Origin: Octopus sinensis
Taxonomy: Eukaryota
DNA length: 28,670 nt
Assembly (NCBI RefSeq): GCF_006345805.1
Contig: NW_021833499.1
Coordinates: 1-28,670, forward strand
Direction of reading: 5' to 3'
A model generated the notes under the pieces. The model was not told the origin of the DNA. It did no database searches and worked only from the letters and a program-made list of their open reading frames with translations. The position numbers and the translations under genes were made by a program. Every line of letters begins with the position of its first letter. The first letter of the stretch is position 1. This document shows, piece by piece, positions 19,121-28,670 of the stretch.

Positions 19121-19834
19121 TCGAAAAGGCAGAAACCGGTACTAACCATTACAAAATATATTTCATGATAAATTTATTTTAGCATTTTCTACTTTGTCTT
19201 ATTTTCCTTATACATATCAACTCGCGTGTCACTTTTCAACATTCTACACACAAACGCACACATTTAATTTACAATATAGGGATTCAAGTAATCCGCTGGT
19301 ACTCATAAAAACCTCCTTAATGTATCATTCTACAAAATATACAGAATATATAATAATATACAATAAAAAAGTTAAGGAGCCACAAATGACTGAGAAATAA
19401 TTTGATGAAATTTTATTTGACAGTAAAATATATACAAGTAAAAGAGTAAAAGAGTAAAAGAGTAAGAGAATTCTAATTTCATGACAAATTGTTTCGTAAC
19501 TTAAAGACATGTAATTAATTTATATTATTGGATCTGATAATAAATAAATTACTAACATGCCAGGATTAAAGCAAAATGCAAAGTAATCCTTCAAAATAAG
19601 GCGGCTACGTTCTCAAGTGAAAGAAAGTCTTACTGTTCCTATAGGAACGCAAAGTTAAAATTTTAGAATATTATGGAAGACAATAATAATAGAATTGAAA
19701 TAAATTAATGAGAAGATATTTTAATGGAAGGGAATTTTAGTAATATAATTAAAAAGTAACTATTAGATATTATTAGTACAATAAAAGAATAAATATATTT
19801 ATCAATAAAAATGTAGAAGATAAATAATCCTAAA

Positions 19835-20375
19835 GCCTTGTGAGTGGATTTGGTAGACGGAAACTGAAAGAAGCCCGCGGTATATATATACATATAAAGG
19901 CGGCTAGCTGGCAGAAACGTTAGCACGCCAGGCGAAATGCATAGCCGTATTTCGTCTGCCGCTACGTTTTGAGTTCAAATTCCGCCGTGGTCGACTTCGC
20001 CTTTCATCCTTTCGGGGTCGATAAATTAAGTACCAGTTACGCACTGGGTCGATGTAATCGACTTAATCCCTTTGTCTGTCCTTGTTTGTCCCCTCTGTGT
20101 TTAGGTCCTTGTGGGTAGTAAAGAAATAGGTATATGTATACATATATATTTACATGTATGTATGTATGTATGTATGTATGTATGTATGTATGTATGTATG
20201 TGTGTATGTGTGTATGTATGTGTGTGTGTTTATGTGTCTGTGTTTTCCTTACCCCCATATCACTTGACAACTGTTGCTGGTGTGTTTACGTACCCCATAA
20301 CTTAGCGGTTCAGCAAAAGAGACCGATAGAATAAGTACTAGGTTTACAAAGAGTAAGTCCTGGGGTCGATTTGCT
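19835..20375 (+). mobile_element. SINE B internal part, interrupted by A1 in its microsatellite
   Basis: gccttgtgagtggatttggtagacggaaactgaaagaagcc...[A1]...cacttgacaactgttgctggtgtg...aagtcctggggtcgatttgct. Confidence 0.85.
19899..20129 (+). mobile_element. SINE A1 monomer
   Basis: Full length; TSD ggtatat(a/g)tatacatata at 19879-19896 and 20129-20146. Confidence 0.95.
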
Positions 20376-20667
20376 AGGTTGGGTGCCTGCGAAACTTAAA
20401 ATAGTACGGAACTGAATGAAACTGTTCTAAATGATAAATGTAACCCCTACTAAATATGTTGAATGCCCTTTTATTTCGTTCGTCCACTCACTCGTGTGTG
20501 TGTGTGTGTGTGCGCGTAAGCATTTGACCTCTATTGGTTAGTGACAAGTTATCTGCCCCTAGAACCTTATCCTGGACACATTAAAACGCGGAAGAATATT
20601 CTTAGCCAATTAGCATTAAAATGTTATACGCACACACGTACGCGTGCGTATAAAGATATGATACATA

Positions 20668-20716
20668 AAACACACACACACACACACACACACATACACA
20701 TACACACATATATATA

Positions 20717-20769
<53 letters not shown>

Positions 20770-20795
20770 TATATAGTGTGTGTGTATATATATAT
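20668..20795. repeat. (CA)n/(TA)n/(TG)n compound microsatellite
   Basis: Directly visible. Confidence 0.95.
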
Positions 20796-21499
20796 CCACG
20801 ACGCCTAAGAGGTCATTTTAAACTAATTCATTAAATTTCAACACGATATAACACTGCCGTTAATCCAGCGGATAATCCAGTTTCACTTATTTAAACCAGC
20901 AACGATTTATGAATAGTATAATCGGTGGTACTCCTGATTATTTGGGATAAGTATTGCTTTCAATAAATTAAAATCAATTAGCATTAATTACGTATCTTAA
21001 TTATAAAATTAATTCTGCTTTTTTCTTTGGAAACAGCTGTTGAAGGTAATTTAATTATCTGTAAAATTTAAGCTTTTCTGTATTTTATTCTCGCTCTCTA
21101 GCCTTCTCTCTGTGTCTCACACTCTTTCTCTCTCTCATACCTTCTCTCACTCTTTCTCTTTTTACATATGTGTGTGTGTGTGTGTGTATGTGTATTCAAT
21201 AATATACAGAAAAGCATAAATTAGATCATAATTTAATTATTTTCAACTGCTGTTTCATTAGGAATAAGCATAGTTAATTTCATTATTAATGAAGTTATAT
21301 ATATATATGTGGGCGTACATCATCTACACGATTTACTCATTGAATTATCCTAAAATGGCTGAGTATCCTGCAGACACCAGAAACCCGTGCACCCATGATG
21401 TGATGCATTATGGCAAGGCTGAACATTCTAAATTAAAAGTTTTCTAGGCAGAGTCCATCTTCTTAAATTCATTTACAAACCTTGGCATCGAATAAGGAT

Positions 21500-21585
21500 C
21501 TTGTTCAAAATGCCACGCATTAGGATCGAACCCTGAACCTCATACTTACGAAGCAAATTTCTTAACCTTTCAGCTGTGGCTACAT
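21500..21585 (-). mobile_element. Decayed tRNA-derived SINE head
   Basis: atgccacgcattaggatcgaaccc...acgaagcaaatttcttaacc...cagctgtggc. Confidence 0.45.
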
Positions 21586-21597
21586 CCACAATACGTA

Positions 21598-21774
21598 CGT
21601 GTGTGTGTGTACGCGCCCTTGTGCATATATGCACAAATACACACATATAAACACGTGTACATACATCACATACACACACATGCATATGTATATATATATC
21701 CCTTTATACACAATCATACGAACCCCTTTATATATATATATATTATATATATATATATATTATATATATATATC

Positions 21775-21805
<31 letters not shown>

Positions 21806-21821
21806 ATATATATATATATAT
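21598..21821. repeat. Mixed TG/CA/TA low-complexity tract ending in (TA)n
   Basis: Directly visible. Confidence 0.9.
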
Positions 21822-22378
21822 GCCCACAACGAAAACACGTCCACAGTTATTGCTAGAATCAATTAGATGTTTGCAATGAGGATATCAGACAAATTAAATT
21901 GTTGGTTTGCATTCGTGTTCGTTTCGGATTTAAATTAAATGAAAATTGAAAATAAATTAACAATTTTCTGTGGAAATTATTTCATGAATTATATATAAAT
22001 TATATAAAGTGACAGGATTTTGTTATTTAAGCTGTTTAAGGTGGAATTTAATACAAACGGTCCGGATCGAATTTAGATTGTGATCACATTATCCGATTCA
22101 ACAGACGGACAGTAGCATATTTCATTAATGTTCTATTCATATTTCCATTCTCATATCAATAATTTAAATTTATCTTGGGAAGAGGATAGCAGCATCGTTC
22201 AGCCGCTGGATGAAAACACTTTGAAGTATATAGTTACTCTCCTATGCATTCAGAGTTCAAATCTAGTCCAGATCGATTTTAATTCTCCTTTGGTGTCTCT
22301 AAAATATGGTGTCTGTTCAATTGTCTATACTTCGCATCAAAGCCAGCAAATTGGTAGCAATTTTGGTGGCTATAATAC

Positions 22379-22709
22379 CTATTTCTTTACTACCCACGAG
22401 GGGCTAAACACACAGAGGACAAACAAGGACACACATAGGTATTAAGTCGATTACATCGACCCCAGAGTGTAACTGGTACTTCTTTAATCGACCCCGAAAG
22501 GTCGAAAGGCAAAGTTGACCTCGGCGGAATTTGAACTCAGAACGTAACAGCAGATGAAACACCGCTAAGCATTTCGTCCGGCGTGCTAACGATTCTGCCA
22601 GCTCGCCGCCCTTATTTTTCTTTTCTACTCTAGGTACAAAGCCACATTTTGGGGAAGGAGGCCAGTCGATTAGATGGACCCCAGTAAGCAAATGTTACTT
22701 AATTTTTTC
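22379..22709 (-). mobile_element. SINE A1 monomer (22379-22610) fused to an A2 3' fragment (22611-22709)
   Basis: Both pieces lie between gtggctataatac at 22366-22378 and 22710-22722. Confidence 0.9.
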
Positions 22710-23061
22710 GTGGCTATAATACTATAATTACATACGAATTGTTTGGTTTCTGCAGAAAATCTGTAGAGATACCCTTAAATGGTTTAATAGCACTGCTAAC
22801 ACAGGAGAACAGAGTATAGACTTATAAAGCGTTTAATATACGATGTTGTATATGATGGTTGCATAACAAAACAGAGTTTCCCTACAAGTCTTTTATATTT
22901 ACATAGCAGGTTCCAGGAATGTATTTATATGTAGAATTGATACACACTAATGTCAACCCGTTATTTAGTGGTTATTTAAACAGAGTCCGTGGATGGTTAA
23001 TGGGTTGGATGTGGCACTTATGAAGGAGCCCATTTCCGATTTTCTTCTTCGATTTCATTGT

Positions 23062-23446
23062 TCTTTTATTTGTTTCGGTCATTTAACTGCGGCCACGCTG
23101 AAGCACCGCCTTTAGTCGAACAAATCGACCCCCAGGACTTATTCTTTGTAAGCCTAATACTTATTCTATCGGTCTCTTTTATCGAATCACTAATTGACGG
23201 GGAGGTAAACACACCAGCATCGGGTGTCAAGTGATGGTGGTAGGATCAAACACACACACACACACATGCACACACACATATACGACGGGCTTCTTTCAGT
23301 TACCGTCTATGAAATTCACACAATAGGCTTTGGTCGGCCTGAGGCTATAGTAGAAGTCACTTGCCCAAGGTGCCACGCAGTGGGACGGAACTCGGAACCA
23401 TGTGTTTGGGAAGCAAGCTATTTACCACGCAGCCACTCGTGCGCCT
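23062..23446 (-). mobile_element. SINE B, full length
   Basis: Reverse complement of 5748-6170 with moderate divergence. Confidence 0.9.
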
Positions 23447-23554
23447 ATAAGTTGTTTATTTTAGGAGTACTGGGATACGAAATGATGCAACAAATCAGAT
23501 CGCTGGTTATAATCTCTATGCGAAATCTGTAGAGATAGCCTTAACAAGTGAATG

Positions 23555-23665
23555 TATTTCGTTATTTACTCCGATTATCTGTGTTTTGAGTTCAAATTCT
23601 GCCCAGGTCAGCTTTACGTTTTATAATTTTTTGGCTGATAAAATAAACGATCCAGTATTGAGATA
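23555..23665 (+). mobile_element. Decayed SINE A remnant
   Basis: gttttgagttcaaattctgcccaggtcagcttt...gataaaataaa. Confidence 0.55.
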
Positions 23666-23667
23666 GA

Positions 23668-23668
23668 T

Positions 23669-23729
<61 letters not shown>

Positions 23730-23755
23730 CTCTCCCTCTCACTCACTTTCTTCTC
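23668..23755. repeat. (CT)n/(CTTT)n microsatellite
   Basis: Directly visible. Confidence 0.95.
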
Positions 23756-23934
23756 CGTGGAATAAATTGGATGGAGACAGATCCAGAAAAGGATGGGTCC
23801 GTTATGTTTAGATAACCAAAACATGCTGTGGAAGACGACGGCCTCTTCTACAATTCGATTCAGATTTGTGGAGGAAAAAACAAGTGGCCTTCTCTTGTAT
23901 AAACAAGCGTTTCATAGAGATAATGGATTTAGAT

Positions 23935-24030
23935 TTTGGTACAAGGACAGGAATTTCGAGGGCGGGTGTTTAATCGATTCCATCAATCCCAGTGATCAAC
24001 TGGCACATATTTTGTTGAACCCGAACTATA
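23935..24030 (-). mobile_element. Decayed SINE A2 3' remnant
   Basis: ttttggtacaaggacaggaatttcgagggcgg...aatcgattccatcaatcccagtgatcaactggcac. Confidence 0.6.
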
Positions 24031-24407
24031 TGTGAGTATTTAATCAAATCCGTTCATCATTTGGAAAAAAAAATTTTTTTTCAAATCGTCCACACAACAA
24101 ATGGTCCAGGAATCTGTGATTCATGTTTGTAAAACGATTGGGAAACATTTTGAAATGCTGACAATAAATCACAAGAATATTTTGAGAAAAGTGGCGACAG
24201 GAATGCTTTCATTGCGATTCCTTACTGAATACTAAAATGACATCATTGATTGAATTGAAAATCTGATCGAGTTTCTTTCTTTTTCTTTGAATTTTAAATT
24301 TCCTGCTTCTTATAAATTGTTCGTGCATTTGGCAAGAAAAGTGCATTTTTGTTTTCCTATTACTTAAAATGTAGCGCCGCTGTGCCACATATTAAAATAT
24401 TTTTTTT

Positions 24408-24524
24408 GGAAGCACTCCGTCGGTTACGACGATGAGGGTTCCGGTTGATCCGAATCAACGGAACAGCCTGCTCGTGAAATTAATGTGTAAGTGGCTGAGC
24501 ACTCCACAGACACGTGTACCCTTA
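24408..24524 (-). mobile_element. SINE C/D 3' fragment (5'-truncated)
   Basis: ggaagcactccgtcggttacgacgatgagggttccggttgatccg...cacagacacgtgtaccctt. Confidence 0.9.
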
Positions 24525-24542
24525 TAATAGCCGATATGAATT

Positions 24543-24570
24543 TTGGTTGGTTGGTTGGTTGGTTGGTTGC
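24543..24570. repeat. (TTGG)n microsatellite
   Basis: Directly visible. Confidence 0.9.
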
Positions 24571-24789
24571 ATTGTCCTGCACACTTTACATCATATATGG
24601 GGAAGAGGAGAGGGAAAGAGAGAGGGGCATAGTAAAAGAATGATAGATAATATATAGGATGCAGGAGAAGTACTCATACTACGCTTGGTGGAAGACAATG
24701 ATTAAATGAACGCTATGCACACAGGTACATACACACACACACTGAGAGGGAAAGAATCACAGTGACAGAGGTGGAGGAAGAGAGGATGT

Positions 24790-24817
24790 ATGTGTACGTA
24801 TATACGTACAAATAATT

Positions 24818-24867
<50 letters not shown>

Positions 24868-25002
24868 CATATATATATACATATACATATATACAGAGAG
24901 AGAAAAAAAGAGAGAAGAGGGAGAGAGATATGGTGTGCGTGTGTACGCGTGCGTGTGTGTGTGTGTCTGTGCGTGTGCGTACGTGTGCTTGCGTGTGTGC
25001 GT
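24790..25002. repeat. Compound TA/CA/GA/TG microsatellite cluster
   Basis: Directly visible. Confidence 0.9.
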
Positions 25003-25210
25003 GGAGACTAATTTATTTCATCCATTTAAAAATATTTATTCTTTCAATATTGTTTTATTTAATTTTATTCTAAAGTAATAAATATCTTTCTTTGGAAAAT
25101 TAGAATTCATTTCGTCATTCTGAAAAATTAGATATAAATGAAATTATAATCGTTGCATGTACGCCATATTTACTGATGTCACATTTGCTGACAGAAATAT
25201 ACTTCTAAAG

Positions 25211-25523
25211 TATAGATTCGCAAAATGGGCGCTACCGCCCCTTAGTGGGCATGGAGATGGTCCAGTTGAGCGCTGGTGCCCTGGGAGTGAGGGCAGTAGA
25301 GAAAAAGGAGGCGTTGGGAGGATGGTAGTGGATTAGGGGACGCTATGCATTTATTATAGTATTGTATACACATTATGTAATATATTAAATATCAAATGAT
25401 TCATAGTATATATAAATTAGTAAAATATGAAATATTTATTTATACATAAAAATATGGGTGGGGCGCTGATGGTATTATGTGGCTATGAGGGTCCCAGTGG
25501 CCCAAAAAGTTTGAGAACCTCTG
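25211..25523 (+). mobile_element. Decayed hAT (Charlie-like) MITE
   Basis: 5' gattcgcaaaatgggcgctaccgcccc and 3' ggtggggcgctg...gggtcccagtggcccaaaaagtttgagaacctctg resemble CAGTGRTTCYCAAA hAT termini; no TSD verified. Confidence 0.5.
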
Positions 25524-25629
25524 ATCTAAAGTTACCCGCCATATGACGGGATAACACACTCTATATAATTTTCTTTGAACAGAATAACCTATAACCTATA
25601 ACCCATAAATTTATATAACCCATATTTTT

Positions 25630-25790
25630 TAAAAATTAGTTACATTTGACGTGTATTTGTCCTCACCTTGCTTGTTGTTAGCATAATGTTTCGACTGATG
25701 TAATCTCCAGCCTTTATCAGGTGTCCTGGGAGAATTTCGAACCTGGGTCTTCATTTTTAAAGTATTTTTCCAATATTATAATAATAATAA
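25630..25790 (-). mobile_element. Hammerhead-bearing repeat fragment (Penelope-like type)
   Basis: Contains motif H7; boundaries approximate. Confidence 0.5.
25681..25724 (-). ncRNA. Decayed minimal hammerhead-like motif H7
   Basis: ACAC-CUGAUAA-A-GGCUG-GAGAUUACAU-CAGUC-GAAA-CA-UU-AUGC. Stem II 5 bp intact; G8, stem III and stem I mutated. Confidence 0.45.
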
Positions 25791-26064
25791 TGTTTAGCTC
25801 CATGTCAGCACAGATCGTACGGGCCTATGATGAAAAGTATTCCAGCCATAGCCATCAATACAATTTTATCTATATTTTTATTTTTGTAAGTCTTTTCTAT
25901 GATATTCAGCTGTTCCTTCTTGATTTCTGGTGTGATTTCAGGTACTTTGGCTGCTATTTCGATCAATTATACGGAGGTTACTAACTAATTTTAATAAACA
26001 CATACATATATTTACACGGCTGCTTTGTACAATTATATTTACTACACTAATTAGTTAGAAACCA

Positions 26065-26165
26065 TAATCATCGACACATGAAATATGAAAGGTTAAGTCC
26101 ATCTTGGTAAGATTTGAACACTATGCAAGAAGGGGAGTAACTAAATACCACAAAGCACTGTATTG
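26065..26165 (-). mobile_element. Highly decayed SINE A remnant
   Basis: atgaaaggttaagtcc.tcttggtaagatttgaacact...aaataccacaaagca. Confidence 0.5.
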
Positions 26166-26203
26166 ATTTGGCCATCTACCCCCATCCCCCTTCCATACCC
26201 TAC

Positions 26204-26435
26204 CTATTTCTTTACTACCCACAAGGGGCTAAACACAGAGGGGACAAACAAAGACAGACAAAGGGATTAAGTCGATTATATCGACCCCAGTGCGTAACTG
26301 GTACTTAATTTATCGACCCCGAAAGGATGAAAGGCACAGTCGACCTCGGCAGAATTTGAACTCAGAACGTAACGGCAGACGAAATACGGCTACGCATTTC
26401 GCCCGGCGTGCTAACGTTTCTGCCGGCTCGCCGCC
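26204..26435 (-). mobile_element. SINE A1 monomer, close to consensus
   Basis: Full head and tail; flanked by a ~71-bp direct repeat (26134-26204 and 26438-26509). Confidence 0.95.
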
Positions 26436-27569
26436 TTGGACGTAACTAAATGCCACAAAGCAGAGTATTGATTTGGCCATCTCCTCTCATCTCCCTTCCA
26501 TCCCCGACCCACACATTTCATAATGAATAAATTCGATGCTTGAGGTTTTGCTGCAGAAGTTTAAGTAATAATCAATCGATGACATTCGACTTTTATGAAT
26601 TCCATAGCAATATTTTGTCGGAAATTGAATAGTATATAAAGTAGATGGCTAAACCTTTTGGAGTTTGGAACTGTTTTATTGACAGTACGAAAAGTCTTTT
26701 GAAGAAATTTCTTTTCTCAATTCTCTTTCGTTACTTTGTTATATCACCTTAACATGAACATACCATAAACTGTAGGAAATGTAAAAGGAATGGCGACTTC
26801 AAAGAATAAGGTTTGACACTCAATTTTGACTGATGAACAACGTAAAGAAAATTATATAATGTTTCGCTGTAGGCAATTAATAGATCAATTCAAATTGTAA
26901 AAATGTAAGTTAGAGAGCATGGACAACTTTCATTATGTTATATTATATTATAGAAGTTGAGTAAGGCTTTTCACGCAATTCATGATATATGGATAGGAGA
27001 AATGGTGAAAGAATAGCGATTATTATGTTGCATTATGAGTTCAAATTGAATAGAGAGAATTTGTTGCTTTTCTCGAAACCTAAGCGGATTGATCAGGGGT
27101 GAAACGTTAACTAAATAAACCTAGCACGCTCTACTTCAGACAAAAGATGCCGGATCATCTTTTGTCTGTGTCAGACAAATGAATAAGATGAAAAAGAAAA
27201 AAAATGAATGAACGAGTGAGAGAATAAAAAAAATAGGAAAGAAAAATTAAATAGAGCAAAAATAAAGTTAGCTCTGAAAAGGTTTATGTTCATTATTCAG
27301 AAAGAAGGTGACTACAATTGCTAATAAGCGAAAAATTGTAAAAAGAAAAGAAAAGAAATAGAGAGAGATGCAGAAATCGGGATAATATAAAACCTGGAAT
27401 ATAGCGGCTTCTTTCCTTCTGGGTAGAAATATAGCGAGATCTCGGTGGAAAGCTGGGGAATCTCGTTGATGATAGTGCATTTGAAAGACGAGATGTAAAA
27501 ATGAACGGAATAGAGAGAGAAGAAACAAGAATAAAAAAGGTGATCGCGTAAGTTAAGATGGAGCCAGAG

Positions 27570-27725
27570 ACAAAGAGAGAAATAGAGAGAGAGAGAGAGA
27601 ATTAGGGAGGGAGGGATTGAGAGAGTGAAGGCGGGAGAGAGAAGGGAAAGAAGGAGAGAGAGAGAGAGAGATAGAAGGAGAGAAAGAGATGAAATAAGAG
27701 GAAATAGAAATTATATCGAAAAAGA
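27570..27725. repeat. GA-rich purine tract
   Basis: Directly visible. Confidence 0.85.
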
Positions 27726-28079
27726 AGGGGAAATTTTTTTTCTTCCTCATTTTTCAACGTCTCGTTCAAGCTTTTCCATTTTTTTTCTCTCTCTAAAGGA
27801 TAAAAGCAGTGATTTGAAAAAAGAGAGTTTTCGATAAATAAATTGACTGGCGGAAAAAGAGTATCATTCGTAAAGAAAAGTAAACAGATGAAAATAACTG
27901 GAGTTATTAGATTTCAAGATCTGTGTGTAATATTGAATTGCTGCAAGAAACGAAGCGGTGAGGGGGGAGGTTCGCGAGAGACATCGTGCAGTACGCTTGG
28001 GTGTTTACGGTTAAATGGAATCTTACACGTGTAGTTGGCCATTTTAGAAATTGATGGCGTCTAAAATCAATACCATTGC

Positions 28080-28117
28080 GTCTCTCTCTTTCTCCCTAAC
28101 ACACTTTCTCCTTCTAT

Positions 28118-28155
<38 letters not shown>

Positions 28156-28220
28156 CTTTCATTCTGTTTTTACTTCTTCCGCTTTTTCTCTGCATCTCTC
28201 TCTCTCTCTCTATTTCTTCT
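28080..28220. repeat. CT-rich pyrimidine tract
   Basis: Directly visible. Confidence 0.85.
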
Positions 28221-28569
28221 ACATTTAAAGATTAATTATAGGTGAGTTATTTCTCTTTAATGTAATGGCAACGAACAACGTGCAGTTTTGTAATAGTTAT
28301 CGTATTTGTTGATCGAATATTCCTTTGTTGTTGAAATTAACAAAAGCTTTTCGTCAGTAGAAATAATATGTTATATTATTGAAATGTCTATGATCAGAGA
28401 GTACTGGATTGTAGTAGAGAATTCATGATCTCTCCCTCTTTTATTTAACTCAGAGCTCATGTTCTTTATCTCTCTTTCTCATCTGCTTCATCACCATCAC
28501 CTCATTTCATTTCCAACAGATCCTCCTTTCTAGCGTGTTTCTTTTCTATCGATCACCTCATCCTAAAAT

Positions 28570-28670
28570 TTTCTTCTCTTCTCTCTTCTTCTTTTGTCTT
28601 CTTCTTCTTCTTCTTCTTCTTCTTCTTCTTCTCTTCTTCTTCTTCTTCTTCTTCTTCTTCTTCTTCTTCA
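28570..28670. repeat. (CTT)n microsatellite running to the window end
   Basis: Directly visible. Confidence 0.95.

Noticed and set aside
20372-20470. taggttgggtgcctgcgaaac as a mariner TIR
   Set aside because: No partner inverted repeat or transposase sequence found.
21029-21041. gaaacagctgt matching the H2/H3 stem III
   Set aside because: No upstream CUGANGA or stems; an isolated match.
25585-25625. (ataacct)n short repeat as a telomeric remnant
   Set aside because: Only two to three degenerate units and not TTAGGG.
1308-28245. Most supplied ORFs (YIYI, HTHT, CVCV, ERER types and the recurrent MRNWYL.., MVVIPAVLF.., MRTGVDLID.. peptides)
   Set aside because: They are translations of microsatellites or of SINE A/B/C copies; the same peptide recurs wherever the SINE does.

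Overview
AT-rich, repeat-saturated eukaryotic non-coding DNA (intergenic or a large intron). The SINE families suggest an octopus or other coleoid cephalopod; this is recognition from memory, not a search. I find no intact host protein-coding gene, and almost every supplied ORF is SINE antisense or microsatellite translation. Identifiable content: the 3' end of a CR1/L2-type LINE (1-288), a decayed mariner (5623-6773), a mariner-type MITE, a non-autonomous Helitron-like element, hAT-like ends, many microsatellites, and four tRNA-headed SINE families that I label A (variants A1/A2), B, C and D. Two patterns stand out. (1) At least five sequence-unrelated small elements carry hammerhead-ribozyme-like cores (CUGANGA...GAAA..NUH), and three of them are fold-back palindromes. 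This fits Penelope-like-element pseudo-LTRs or retrozyme-like RNAs; activity is unproven and every copy has some defect. (2) SINE A1 forms head-to-tail multimers (one hexamer, three dimers) with the same junction GAAATAG|GTATTTCG at four separate loci. Six of nine A1 3' ends abut GTA, and several insertions sit in or beside older A copies with long (33-200 bp) flanking duplications. This suggests a SINE that targets itself and builds satellite-like arrays. Coordinates were counted by hand and may be off by a few bases.
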